DNA of 63,107 nucleotides, filler included, from Neolecta irregularis DAH-3 (Eukaryota): NCBI GenBank assembly GCA_001929475.1. It is 13 parts of 13 records of this genome, joined end to end, with 100 filler letters (N's around TTAATTAATTAA, not from the genome) between each part and the next. Parts side by side here need not be neighbours in the genome. Positions count along the whole stretch, not along the records: positions 1 to 11,904 come from LXFE01001296.1; positions 12,005 to 16,861 come from LXFE01001305.1; 11 more parts are not named here. One strand, given 5' to 3'. Each line of letters opens with the position of its first letter. Within the stretch, counting starts at the first letter, position 1. Shown here in pieces: positions 1 to 12,933 of this stretch. A program made the position numbers and the translations under genes. A model generated the notes under the pieces. That model was given only the letters and a program-made list of their open reading frames with translations, was not told the origin of the DNA and ran no database searches.

Positions 1-129
1 GCGTGTGAGCTTAGACTAAGATATGTGAGCGCAGCCTTTATATACATTTCTATCTAATGTCCCTTAAATCTTTGGACCTGCCGCGTTGGTATGGGTATAT
101 CCCGGGTAATATCCGGGTATACCCTTACA
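1..129. repeat. LTR-like dispersed repeat fragment (second copy inverted at 33647-33780)
   Basis: The reverse complement of 1-129 aligns with 33647-33780 (shared blocks aagggtata, taagggacattagatagaaatgta, cgctcacatatctt.gtctaagct.acac). Similarity ends at ...TTACA, like an LTR 3' end. Confidence 0.7.
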
Positions 130-990
130 GCCGTAGTCGCCTTTCTAGACGGAGAGGTAGTGTTTAGTAGTTACAAAACCCACTTGATAGCAGTTGTTCT
201 TGATATTTTAGTTTGTGTTACTATTCTGAATGTCTTTGTCATATGGTGTCCACAATAAAAACTTTGGTGGACTAGTTATTTGCCATCATAACCTTTTAAA
301 TGCGTATAGTACTACTAACCCTAACCACGCATTAGGCTCCGCAAATAGATTTGGCAAAGATTGACAGGCATTTAGAACGGCGGGATCACGCTGGATAGGA
401 TTTTCCACGTGCCTCCTCCATCTTATTTACTTCCCTGAACCTCAAATCTCGCTATTCCTAAGGATACAACTTGAGACAGGCTTACTGCGCTTCTTTACAT
501 ATGGATAATTTTGTACAAATATGTACTACTAGTCTCGGATTGGGGCCCTTCTAGATAAACCTTTTACCCGGTAGACATTCTCCCCACGTAGCTGAGGCCT
601 GCATGGCAAGAAATAACGTTATCCAATCTCGCGAAGCCAATACAGTATCATAGCAGTCTGTCCGGAGAGTCTGCTTGCGATCAGATCTCTGAACATGATG
701 CCACTGAATTTGGTACCCCTTTGGCTTGTAAGGCCGAGTACGGGAAAGTTAACACCTTTAAAGCCCGATTGGACGGAAATATTTGAGTGAGAAATCGCTG
801 ACTTGGCTTTCCGACGAACCAGGAGATTAGCATCCAGTACTCAAGTGTCTAGCAAAGCTTTCACGCTAACTTTCCCTGGTGGGATTGGACCCGGAGTTTA
901 AATCGATATGTCCTTAGGGTCAACCTGAGAAGTATAAAGCATTCCTCATTTCTTCAAATACCCCACATTCTGTCGTAATAAGTCAACTAT

Positions 991-3900
991 ATGTTGCTGT
1001 CTGAAAACATTAGTAATGAAGACTCACGATCAAAGGAGCTGCAGCGCACAAGAAGTTCCACAGAAAGCACGGTACTGGATTTAGGTGACACAAGGCCTGA
1101 AGAAGGTGATGGTGTAAATGTTTCCGGCGCACAACGCGACTTCGATGAGCTTGTTCGCCAATTGACTAATAAATCAAAAATCTCCAACAAAAAGTCAAGA
1201 AAATCCCAGGTCGATTTGGAGAAAGCCAATGAAGACGAGCAATTTGACCTTCGCGAATGGCTACTCCAAGCGAAGAGTCAGGCGGAGCGTTCCGGTATCA
1301 AGGACAAGCATATCGGTATGTATAAATATTTCCACTGTGGTTCACTTCAGGTGTCGTTTGGGAAAACTTGACAATCCAAGGATTTGGTGGTCATACTTAT
1401 CATGTCAAAACATTCCCTGATGCCTTTATCGATTTCTTCAACATTTTTGGCACCGTTAAAGGCCTACTGGGTATCAAACAGGGAGCAGAGTTTGATATCT
1501 TGTCTAATTTTCATGGTGTTGCAAAACCAGGTAGTCGCTCATTTTATTACTGCGCCGACTAACCACACAACAGGTGAAATGATTCTTGTACTTGGTAGGC
1601 CCGGAAGCGGATGTGAGTCGGATGATTGCATTTGCCTTGACTAGTAGGTACCTCTTTCCTCCGTGTTGCAGCGAATGAGAGAGCTGGATACTCCCATGTT
1701 CTTGGTGATGTCAGCTATGGCGGGATCGATGCGGAAACCTTTGGGAAGCGGTATATGGGCGAGGCTGTGTACAACCAAGAGGGTACCGTAAAAGATGGGT
1801 CTTCCGTTGATTTTTCAGATGACATCCACTACCCGACTTTAACTGTCGAACAGACTCTCAGTTTTGCGTGAGCATGAGTCCTTGAAAGGTTTTGACGGCA
1901 AGACTCGATTGTAAAATCCCGCACAAACGTCCTAATGGCATGTCTAAGAGCGAGATCAAGCATATGGTCATTGATACACTGCTCAAAATGTTCAATATTT
2001 CCCATACGAAGAATACCATGGTTGGTAATGCACAAGTTCGAGGTGTATCGGGTGGAGAGCGAAAGCGAGTCAGTATCGCCGAAATGATGGTCTGCCAAGC
2101 AACGATCTGTTCTTGGGACAATACTACCCGTGGACTGGGTATGCATCGCTTTTAGTTTTGCTATTTTTACATAATAGATGCTTCCACTGCTCTCGATTAC
2201 GCCAAATCGTTGCGAATTTTGACCGATATACATCGACACACCACCTTTGTATCTCTTTATCAAGCTTCGGAGAAGATTTACAAACTTTTTGACAAGGTTC
2301 TCGTGATTGACCACGGAAAACAAGTCTACTACGGCCCAGCAAATGAGGCAAGAGCTTACTTTGAGGGCCTTGGATTTGCACCCAAACCTCGACAAACTAC
2401 CCCAGATTACCTTACCGGTTGCACCGACCCTTACGAACGGGATATCGCCGAGGGAATGTATCCTAATATGGTCCCCCAAACACCTAGCCAACTCGAGGCC
2501 GCCTTCTTGCGCTCTCCGTTTAGGGAAAGACTTTCTACGGAAATTGCAGAATATAAGCAGACTCTTCAGACCGATACAGCCAAGACGGAGCAATTTGTAC
2601 AGGTACAATGCAGCCTCGATTTGAAATATTGAGTTCTAGGCCATACAAGATGCCAAACATAGGAATGTCCGAAAGAAATCACCATTTACCATTACTTTAT
2701 CAAGCCAAATAGTTGCGATCGCAAAACGACAATTCTCTCTCAAACTTCAGGATCGATTCCATCTCATCACTAGTTTTCTCACCTCTTTCATCGTGGCAAT
2801 TATTATCGCCACCTTATTTGTGAATTTGCCGCAAACCTCTTCCGGCATATTTACCCGCGGTGGAGTTATTTTTATCACGCTACTTTTCAACTGTTTCCAA
2901 GCGTTCAGCGAACTTCCAGGCGTTATCGGGGTACCGATGCTTCGAGTTACGAGATTCTAATTGTAATAGGGTCGATTACTGGTTAATAAACACAAATCGT
3001 TTGCCTTCAACCGCCCAGCAGCATTATGGATTGCTCAAATATTTGTCGATTTGCCCTTCGCCGCCTTCCAGATTTTGTGTTTTACTATCATCGTCTACTT
3101 ATCTAGTCATCTCGATCGCAGTGCCGGCGCTTTCCTCACGTTCTACATTTTGCTCGTTGTTTGCTATCTTTGTATGACTACCCTCTTTCGAATCATGGGT
3201 TGTGCGTGTCCTAACTTTGATTATGCCATGAAAATCGCCGCCTGCATTTTGACCTTATTGGTCGTCACATCTGGTTATATGATTCCATACCCAGACATGA
3301 AGCCATGGATCAAGTGGTTTTATTGGTAGCTTTCATCGCAAAAGGAATTCTAATCTTAAGGTGCAATCCCATACAATACGCTTTTGGAGGGGCGATGGTG
3401 AACGAATTCAAGCGTGTGAATTTCACCTGTACAAGTGATGCTCTTGTTCCAAATGGTAATGGATATAATGATTTGGGTCATCAAGTCTGCACGATTGCTG
3501 GTTCTGTCACTGGGTCTGATCTTATCATTGGCAAGGATTATGTTAAGATCGCCTTTGATCATGTTACTAAGGATTTGTGGCGAAATTTCGGGATTCTTCT
3601 GGCCTTTTTCATAGGTTGTCTTATGGTCAATGCCTTTCTTGGAGAGCTCGCAGCTTTTGGGGTTGGTGGAAAAACAGTTACATTTTACCAGAAAGAGAAT
3701 CAAGAGCGGCAACGACTGAATCAGGCGCTCAACGAAAAGAAAGCTCAAAGAGTCAAGGGTAAGGAAAATGAATCTCAGCTCATTATCACGTCGAAGAAAA
3801 CTCTCACATGGGAAAACCTGAAATACGATGTTCCGGTCGCTGGTGGTCAGAAACGATTGCTTGATGATATCTTTGGCTACGTCAAGCCTGGGCAACTCAC

Positions 3901-5904
3901 TGCTTTGATGGGTGCTTCTGGAGCGGGTAAAACCACGTAATCCCCCAATGTGGTGCTTCTCACTTACACACGAGTCTTCTTGATGTACTTGCAAATCGGA
4001 AGAATATCGGCGTGATTTCCGGTGATGTTTTGATTAATAACCAACCACGGGATACTGCATTTCAACGGGGAACTGCTTATGCTGAGCAACTCGACGTGCA
4101 CGAAGGAACCCAGACTGTTCGCGAAGCGTTAAGATTTTCGGCATATCTACGCCAGCCATACGACGTTTCTATTGAAGAAAAGGATTCTTATGTAGAAGAG
4201 GTTATTGCTCTTCTAGAGATGGAGAGCATTGCTGATGCAATCATTGGCGACTATGTCACTGGTTTGTCTGTCGAAGAACGGAAACGAGTTACTATCGGTG
4301 TTGAACTTGCCTCGAAACCAAAGCTCTTGCTTTTCCTAGATGAACCAACCTCGGGTCTTGATTCTCAATCTGCCTTCAACATTGTTCGCTTCCTTAAAAA
4401 ACTCGCTATTTCTGGACAAGCTATCCTCTGCACCATCCATCAACCCAACGCAAGTCTCTTTGAAAGTTTTGATCGCTTGTTGTTGCTTCAGCGGGGTGGG
4501 CAAACCGTTTATTTCGGTGACATTGGTAGTGATGCAAGCGTTATGCTGGGGTATTTTGCAAAACATGGAGCTAATTGTCCCCCAGACGCTAATCCTGCTG
4601 AGTACATGGTAAGTCTTCCCTTTTGTCACTTTCCAATGATGTAGCTCGATGCGATTGGCGCCGGGTCTATTCCTGCGGTTGGTAATCGAGATTGGGGTGA
4701 GCTCTGGAATGAATCCGTGGAACTCCAGGCTATCAAGGATGAAATCACACGAATTCGCAATGAGCAATCGCAAAATGAACAACTTGAGACTGATACCCGA
4801 GAATATGCTACTCCCCTACTTTATCAACTTAAGATTGTCTTTTCAAGGGCTAATCTCACATTTTGGCGATCGAAAGATTATGGATTCACTCGGTCGTAAC
4901 TCCATTCTGGACGAGGTTAATTTTCTAGAGTCTTTATGCATTTCATTGTCGCCTTTCTAACTGGAGTAAATTACTGGAACATCGGGAACTCAAAGGCTGA
5001 TGTTCAATACCGGGTCTTCACCATCTTTCAGGCTACCATTCTTCCTGCTCTCATCCTTGCCCAAATTGAACCAAGGTGGGATCTATCTCGAATCATCTTT
5101 CAAAGAGAAAGTTCCTCGAAGATGTACTCTCAGTTTGCTGTAAGTACAAGTTTGACCATTTCTCATTGATTCAAGTTTGCGCTGAGTATGGTTCTCGCAG
5201 AAATCCCTTATTCGATTTTATGCGCTGTCGTCTATTTCGTTGCATTCTACTATCCCGCGGGATTCAATCATGCAAGTTCACGAGCAGGGTTTCAATTCGC
5301 CATGATTTTAATCGATGAAGTATTTCTCTCCGAATTTCACATCTAACTTCTTGTAGTTCTTTTCTGTGACTCTTGGTCAAATGATTGCAGCACTTACACC
5401 AAACGCATTGATCTCTTCTTTGTTTAATCCATTCTTAATCACAGTGTTCTCGCTGTTCTGCGGGGTCCTTGTCCCAAAACCACAAATGCCAAAATTCTGG
5501 AGGTCCTGGATGTACAATACCTTTTCTAAGAGCGTTTATAACTCTACAGGTACCAATTGGATCCTTATACTCGATTGGTCGGTGGAATGGTTGTCACTGA
5601 GCTACACAACTCGCCAGTGGTGTGCAAAAATAAAGAACTTAATTTCTTTACTCCTCTCTCTGGTCAAACATGCTACCAGTATGCTTCAAATTTTCTGCAG
5701 AATGCAACTGGGTACCTCGCTAATCCGAACGACATCGACAAGTGTGGTTATTGCACATATAGCAAGGGTGATAACTTCTATGAACCGTTTGGGTTTTCTT
5801 TCTCGCATCGTTATCGCGATCTTGGGATTTTCATCATGTTTATCGGATCTAATTTGATCATCATGTTTGCAGCGAGTAGATGGCTGAGTTACGCTCGAAG
5901 GTAA
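991..5904 (+). CDS. Full-size PDR/ABCG multidrug ABC transporter (Snq2/Bfr1-like), many short introns
   Basis: NBD1 has the PDR-type degenerate Walker [21 protein letters not shown] and [13 protein letters not shown]2 has [38 protein letters not shown] and LCTIHQP. Two TMD blocks and Cys-containing extracellular loops. ATG 991, TAA 5902-5904. Confidence 0.95.
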
Positions 5905-6339
5905 AAGAGATATGTAAACCCTCCTCCTTTTGTATCGTTTTCTTTCTTTTTTTCTCATTAGTAACGACGTCGCAAGTAGATTTACTGTAATTCAGTAATA
6001 TATTTAAATTATCTCTTGAAATTTAAGAAATTGCCGTCCACAGGAGATCAAATAATATACTGAACAGCGTAAAATCTAAATTATAGTCCCAACTGTCTCA
6101 TCCGATGTCACATTTTCGCTTCAGAGTACAGAAGTTACAATGAAGAAACTGCAATCCTACTGCAATTTCGGTCTTCAAGAATATCGCACAGAATGAGGCA
6201 AATAAGATAGCTTCAAAGAATCCGCAGTAAACTACGGCAGCGTACTCTAAGCATATGCAAATACAAATAACTGAGCTAAACGCACGCAATGCACTCCAAA
6301 TTTCTTCCCATAGTAAAATATCAATGCAAGTGAAGCAGA

Positions 6340-8093
6340 TCAGTGTTTCTTTCCTGGCATTGCAGACAAAGCAGTGACACTTGATAAAGACGAAGACTTC
6401 TTTTTGATCCATCCACTTCGTTTTTGTGCCTTGAGAGATGCCGTCTTCGGGGACGTTTTTGTGTTGGTCTGGCCCTCATAGCTATTGGTATCTAGAGCTT
6501 TCATAACATCACTACTGGAAATTTCATTTCCCAATTCCGAAATTATTTTAGGAGATGTCGACTAAGAACTCAGAGACTGACTTAAAATAAGGCACATACA
6601 GAATAGATCTCAAAGGCCTTCTCGGGGGCAAGTGAAGATCTAATAGAGACTTCGATTGCGGGGGAGCCAGGCATCTTAACAATGACTCCGTCAAGCCTTT
6701 CAGCTAACCGCGACATCACTTCCTCTTTGGTCTTTTGCATCCGAAGTTCCAATTCGGTGTCGCAAACTTTCGAGTGTGTGGTCATCACAATATTCTCATC
6801 AAGTTTCTCTTCGGATAATTTCTTTTCTTGGCATTCTGTGGCGAAGAACTCTTTGAGACGTTGTTCACGCTTCTCTTTGGATTCAGCGTAACTGACGAAA
6901 AGTCTTTTCTTGCCCACAATTTGGGAGTCCAATGCTTCTTTCGCCGCGAGCGCATCTTCAGACCTGGAGAACATGACAAAACCAAATCCGCGAGAGATTC
7001 CCGTCCCGCTAACTGTTGCGAGATAACAGGAGACTATTTGCCCGTATTTCGAGAAGAAGTTCTTCAACTGCTCCTGGTTCTCAACGACTTCATCGTCGAG
7101 GTTCTTAACATATAAATTGCAAGGATTAATGGGGGTCTTTGTCTCTGGGACAGTCGGGAACACGGGAGAAACTTCCGAAGCATTTTGGGACGTTGACGAG
7201 TCGATGTCTGAGGTCGTCAGTTGAGGCGGAGATGTTGCAACATCGGATCGGGTGGCAGAATGAGACAATCCTCCAGTAGCATTGGGAGTGACATACATGA
7301 GCGGAAGGGCGACTTTGTAACCAACTTCGAGCATACAACCCTTGAAAACATGCCCATTTAAAGTTTCAAGAGCCTAATATTCATAAAATGAGCTCGAAAG
7401 GTAAACCGTACCTTTTGTGCGGCATAATGTGTAGCCATGAGACCTTCGCCAAAACGCCGGCCTTTGGCATCCCTAAACAAAAGTAAAATTCCGGAATAAG
7501 AGATATACCCGTATGCAAATATGAATGATTGTTCAACTCGGCCAAAGTTTTCGAGCAAACTGTACAAGTCCCGGGGCGCCATATCAGCAGGGAGATTCGC
7601 AACAGTAATAACTCTGCTGATAGAGATGTTGGCATCGATAGTAATAGGTTGTTGTAACGGAGAATTCTGTTCTCGTTGCTGGGTTTGGAGTTTTCTAGGA
7701 CGAATGTTGCTGTATGTTGGCAGAATGTCCGTCAAATGAACATGACATACAGCTTTCGCCCTTCAAACTCGCTCTGATCTGCTTGCAAGGCCAAGTTGGC
7801 GCTCTGCTCGCTTCTGAACCTGACAAATGCCCAATTTGTTTCTTTTCGACGGGTGACATTGAGTACTTCGCCTTTGAACAGTAAACATGCATGTATTTCA
7901 CAAAGAACATACCGCACTTTGAAAAGACCGTCGCAATGTCCTGATCGCTCAAGGTATATGGGAGGTTTCCGACGTACACCGTCGTGGCATCAATGGCCGA
8001 GATGCAGCCGTTTACCGGCGAAAGAGGAACAGCAGTCTGCTGATGGAGTGTATGCGGACCCAGAAGGGCGGATGGAGGGGCGGCGGTGAACAT
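6340..8093 (-). CDS. Multi-RRM RNA-binding protein (three RRM-like segments), spliced
   Basis: RNP motifs VYVGNLPYTL/WAFVRF, ITVANLP/RRFGEG and NLYVKNLD/SRGFGFVMF lie in successive minus-strand exons. ATG 8093; the 3' end is approximate. Confidence 0.75.
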
Positions 8094-8280
8094 GATAGAC
8101 AATAGACTAGATGATAACGTGATAGAAGAGATTAAACGACTAGGGACGCGGAGGCGGGAGGAAATCCAGAGCGGGCAGTGTAATTTATACCAACGACTGT
8201 CCAGACTGTAAAGCTGTTGCGGCGGAGATAAGAGGTGAATTGCATCATGGCTGTTTGCTGGATATATGCACTCCGCCCAG

Positions 8281-9091
8281 TCAGCTCACCACGGCGCTGA
8301 CACTGCCAACCTGCCGCTTCAGGTCTTCGTGGTCAACATCGTGGCCGTCTTCAACCTCGCCCCATCGTTGGCTCTGTAATGCCACTTCGAGCCTCGCCAG
8401 GTAGACACACTGCTCAGCCGAGATACGACCCTCGATCAACGCAGCGCCCAGTATCAAACTCTTCATCGCAATGACGCCGCGCTCCAACCCAGCCAACTGC
8501 CAGTTATCCAAACTGCAGACCCACTCGTAGACGTAGCTAGGCTTCTCGACGAAAGGCGCACCAAACCCAGTGGAAAAGCCCAGCTTTGTCTGCCACAAGT
8601 CCTCTGCCCATTCTTTTAGCCGTGGGAATTCGGCTTCCTGAATGGCTCGGAGTTTCCCATCGCACTGATCGGCTTCAGAGAGATAAAGGACGGTATCGCC
8701 TTTGAGGTATAGTAGTACTGTTTTCCGAGCCTCCTGTGGCTCCATATAAATTGCTCTCGAGACAATGCTGGTAATGGGAAGTTCGTAGTGCTTAACTTTT
8801 GAGTTCCTCAAACTATCCCATTCATGTGCAATAGCATAGGCCAGGTCCTTTTTATCGCTCGGTATCGTTAGGTCTTGCTTTGTAAGAGTTTTAATTGGAC
8901 ATGCGTCTAGTAAGACTTTGTAACCCTCTACCGGACGTGAGCTGTAGAAACACCGCTCAAATACCTAAAGAAGAGGATACATTTACGGTTTTCCAAAATC
9001 TCTGGAGAGTGGATTCATGAGACGCTCTCCGTGCTACTTTGCTAGCTCGGGTTTGCGATGGCAACTTGAGAAAGGCTCTTTGAAATATCAT
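8281..9091 (-). CDS. ATP12: Mitochondrial F1-ATPase assembly factor Atp12
   Basis: Basic presequence MIFQRAFLKL...QRFWKTV, one intron, then LLDACPIKT, IAHEWD and C-terminal RLEVALQSQRWGEVEDGHDVD, typical of the ATP12 family. Confidence 0.92.
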
Positions 9092-9780
9092 TCACAAAAT
9101 GAGTGAGCTCTGATCGAAAAATTGGACCTCATCACGTGCATATCAGTATCCACCTCACTGCTACTTAAAAACGATGCCTTTGGTCGAACGGTAGTGGCTC
9201 TAAAAATATAAGTTTGGCACCTGCCAACTCTAAATGTTGAGGAGCTCGAGCAATTAGCCAGCTCAACTGGGCTCCACCCCCCCAGTTATATGATACAGAA
9301 ATCGGTCAAGTCAACATGGAAGAAATTGAACAGATACTCGAGAAATGCGCCAGCAACTGGCCTCAAAGGATTACTGCAATGATTCGGCACTATATAACGA
9401 TGAGGGCGCAACTGTTCTGTTAAAGTCGCACATAACAGACTTTGTAGCAATGACTCCACGTTCACAGTTTGGTACGGATCGAACAGCTACAAAATCGCAA
9501 TTCCTTATCTCTACATTTAAAACGAGGCTATTATGTAGTTGACGTGAGTATAATCCGAATTTCATTTTCATGAATTCTGGTAAATCTGCAAACGCACTCT
9601 AACAAACTGAAATCCAATAATTAGGAATTTCTTGGCACATTTTACAATTTTACATAACTGGGCAAGAGCGGCTAGTCAATTTGTAAAGCCTGGAATATAA
9701 CAAGGTTAGTTTCCGTCCTTCATTGCCTTCAACCGTTTGAATCTTGAGATTGCAAACATCTTGACTATACCTATGAATGG

Positions 9781-10086
9781 TCAAAAGGGTTTACCTGGGA
9801 GAACACACAATTTGCAGTGACCCAAGGGAGGGTTTCCATCAAGGTCGCCTTCTGAACTAGAGAGCAGTCTAACCGTTTTACAGTCCTCCCTGGCAAGGCA
9901 AAGATTGGTGCAATGTTCAAGGGCTTTCTCGAAAGTTTCTGGAGGTGGAGACATGTCACCGAAATGAACCGTGTCCTTTGCGGAAGCATGAACGAAGAGA
10001 TATCCATCCGCGAACAACTTTGGCGATGCAATGACAGTTGTTGCAAAAGTGGCGAAGAGTACGGTGATAACAGCGGTGCTCTTCAT
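9781..10086 (-). CDS. Small secreted Cys-containing protein with PAN/apple-like core (101 aa)
   Basis: Signal peptide MKSTAVITVLFATFATTVIA, C-x3-C-x5-C...C-x-L spacing, and an upstream TATA-like element. Confidence 0.7.
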   Translation of the reverse strand: MKSTAVITVLFATFATTVIASPKLFADGYLFVHASAKDTVHFGDMSPPPETFEKALEHCTNLCLAREDCKTVRLLSSSEGDLDGNPPLGHCKLCVLPGKPF

Positions 10087-10795
10087 CCTTGAAATTCAGC
10101 ATAAATAGGCAAGTGACATACTTTGGTAGCGTTAGGAATGAGATGAACAATTGGGAATGCAATAGCCTTATAAGTGGATCTGTTGAAATTGAAATTTCCA
10201 AGACAATTAAATTGCGTGTCATCAGAGTGTCATGATTTAAAATTCAGGGTGGCGATGTAAAGTGGAGACGAGTGAATTATCTGAATTATCGTTTAGGGTT
10301 AAATAGCCATCATCAAACAATGCTGTGGATTTGACGGAACTGGAATTTTCATACAAGACAGATCAAATTGAATCATAGTTCCTAGTTCTTGCAGCTACAA
10401 GCCACTAAAGGTCTTAAATAACACAACATCACAGCCGGTAAAGTCTTAATTGACCAGAAGTAAGGCCGGGAGAGGCGGATCCTCTAAATTTAAGCCAAGG
10501 AAGGCGATGAGCCGTTCTGAGCTGCCGAGTCAAACATGCTGCGAGTAAAACATGTTTGGCTTTTGAGACAATTAGAATTAATTCCATCGACAGATGAACA
10601 ATGAGAAATATGAATGATTTGATGGAGATTGGCCTGCCATCAATAAATTAAGCTATGGCGCATGAAATGTGAGAACTGAAGCACGAGGTGATCATGATGA
10701 AATATTTCATTTAATTCAAGAAATGATGCAAGATAGACAATCTCCGATCTGTCATCTTTTAATCTCAGACTACCCACAACCTAGTTTGAAATGGA

Positions 10796-11798
10796 TTAGT
10801 TTCTACTAGAACACATTTGAATGAATGCCTTCATGGTATAACATGCATCGTTCCCTTGAGATGAGTGCAGTTTATGAGAATCGTACCGGCATTATGAAGA
10901 AACCAATTCTTAATCCCAAGGTGATCAAGACAATGGCCCAAGTTTCTGACTTTATCGTATTCCTTGCAATGCGCAGCGAACAATAGACGAGTATCGATGA
11001 CTGGCATTTCAGGCAGCTTGCACTTCATTTTAACCAGATAGAGTAAATCGCCCTGTGGTGCATGACCCACAAACACAACTTTTTTACCCAGGTTGGTAAA
11101 CTTGCGGAAACAATGCTGCACGGCGTCTATCGCCATTTTCTGCGATATTATTTCAGTTTTGCCAAATTTGAAGTTATCAGCGTTGTCAGGGACGAACCGG
11201 CCATTTCTGAGATGCAGGTATTCGCGTATGCGGATATGTCTTGTGGTGATTTCGGCAGCGGGGAAAGTGGTATCCAAGACGGCGATTCCAATTTCAGTTA
11301 CGCAATTTTGATTTTTTTCAAATGCTTCGATATCGATTGAAATGAAGACATGGTTATTTGAAGAGAATTTTTGGAGAGCGTCAGAGTGTTCTCTGAGAAC
11401 TTGGGCTTGTTGTTTTGCCGCCTTGTCGAGATTTTGCATACTTTTGAAAATCTTTTCGAGTTGAGAGTGTTTTTGGAGAAGCCATGGGCCCGATGTGATT
11501 TTACAGGATCGGGGTAACACGAAAACGTCGCTGTCCTGTAGCGGAATTTTCAAGCCAGTACGTTTGGTGACTAGATCAAGGAGGGATTGGGCGTCTGGTC
11601 TGGGAATGACTGCTGTTGACCTGCATTTCGATGTATCCGTCACTGATGTAAATAATAGTGGAGATGGAACTAACCTGCCGAGACTTTAATACCAGCGCCG
11701 TAAAAGCCGTCTTGAAAGATTTCCTCGGCTTTTTTCAGACCAAGACGGGAGGGTAATTCTGAATGAATTTTATAAAGGGAAATATATTCAGAATTCAT
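10796..11798 (-). CDS. Gfd2/YDR514C-like DEDD-family RNase H-fold nuclease, two short introns
   Basis: Motifs FISIDIEAFE, VTEIGIA, LRNGRFVPDNADNFKFG, FVGH..GDL and IDT. Splicing a 32-nt intron restores LHNAGNDACYT. Confidence 0.85.
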
Positions 11799-11845
11799 TG
11801 CAGAAACTGCAGAACGGCAAGAGCCGGAAAGTGATATCAAGGCCA

Positions 11846-11904
11846 GGGTGGATAGTGGGTGGATAGTGGGTGGATAGTGGGTGGATAGTGGGTGGATAGT
11901 GGGT
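11846..11904. repeat. Perfect tandem repeat (GGGTGGATAGT)n running into a gap
   Basis: About 5.4 copies of an 11-nt unit are directly visible. Confidence 0.9.
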
Positions 11905-12108
11905 NNNNNNNNNNNNNNNNNNNNNNNNNNNNNNNNNNNNNNNNNNNNTTAATTAATTAANNNNNNNNNNNNNNNNNNNNNNNNNNNNNNNNNNNNNNNN
12001 NNNNCTATGCGGATTTCAAATGCTTTATTTTATCGGCTCCATGAAGATTACGAAGGTTGCGATTGAAATTCGATGCGCTCAATCAATATTCCTGTGACCG
12101 AAAAATAT

Positions 12109-12202
12109 CGACAACGGCAGGATTCGAACCTGCGCGGGTAAAACCCAACCGCTACTCTGGGGAAGTAGCAGGCGATCGCCTTAACCACTCGGCCACGTTG
12201 TC
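12109..12202 (-). tRNA. tRNA-Ser(GCU) with ~12-nt intron
   Basis: Reverse complement reads GACAACGTGGCCGAGTGGTTAAGGCGATCGC-CTGCTA-[intron]-AGCGGT, long variable arm, GCAGGTTCGAATCCTGCCGTTGTCG. A T5 Pol III terminator follows. Confidence 0.93.
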
Positions 12203-12425
12203 TTGTCATGCAAAGCTCGATTTAGAACGTATATATACCTGTTGAAAGATCTGGCCCCAAGGTAAGATAGTCAAATTCTCTTTTGAATGAATATTCAAGA
12301 GAATCGAAGATCCTTCTGATAAAGTAGTCGTGACTTTGCGAACCCTCCAAATATGTGGAACTGATGTCATCTTTGAGGCGAGACATTCTTTATTCGAGCG
12401 CAGCTTCGCCTACTACTACCTCAAA

Positions 12426-12825
12426 ATGTCAAGCAGCGAAGTGATTAGTGAAGTACTAGCTAAGTGCGCCTCTCAAGTTCAAACCTATAATCAGTGTATT
12501 ACCGATAATCCTCATAATTGGAACAAAGCTTGTTTGGATGAGCGAGCGGCAGTAACAGAATGCGCGGAGGAGAAGTATTTCATGCTCTCCTCTACTCTAC
12601 CGAACAGTTAGGGTTGCAATACTCAAAAAGGTGAAAACCGATTGCGCATCTGAAATTGCGGCTTTCAATAAATGCCTAGAAGAAAACAGTTCAGAACTAA
12701 ATAGTTGTATTCCTGTTCAACGAGAGGTAAGTCAAAAAACATTTAAGAATATTGCTTAAGTTAAGCTGTATAACTGCACTGCGAAATCAGCTGGTCGAAA
12801 GCTTCCACCGTTCCCTCCCTCATAA
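12426..12825 (+). CDS. MIX14: Mitochondrial IMS double twin-CX9C protein (Mix14/CHCHD5-like), 2 introns
   Basis: Four CX9C motifs across three exons: CASQVQTYNQC, CLDERAAVTEC, CASEIAAFNKC, CIPVQRELYNC. Confidence 0.8.
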
Positions 12826-12933
12826 CATTCGGATATGATTTTCACATAATTACAAGGAGTCGGATGTATCTATGCTATTCGAGGATTTTGTACGTCTTCT
12901 AATACCTTTTTATTATCTTTCTAGTCCGGGATT

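Noticed and set aside
316-326. TAACCCTAACC telomere-like motif
   Set aside because: Fewer than two units; expected by chance.
1829-2608. 259-aa antisense ORF within the ABC transporter
   Set aside because: Shadow frame of a well-supported gene, with no recognisable motifs.
11905-12004. Recurring N-TTAATTAATTAA-N blocks throughout the window
   Set aside because: Artificial contig linkers carrying stop codons in all frames, not a biological repeat or CRISPR array.
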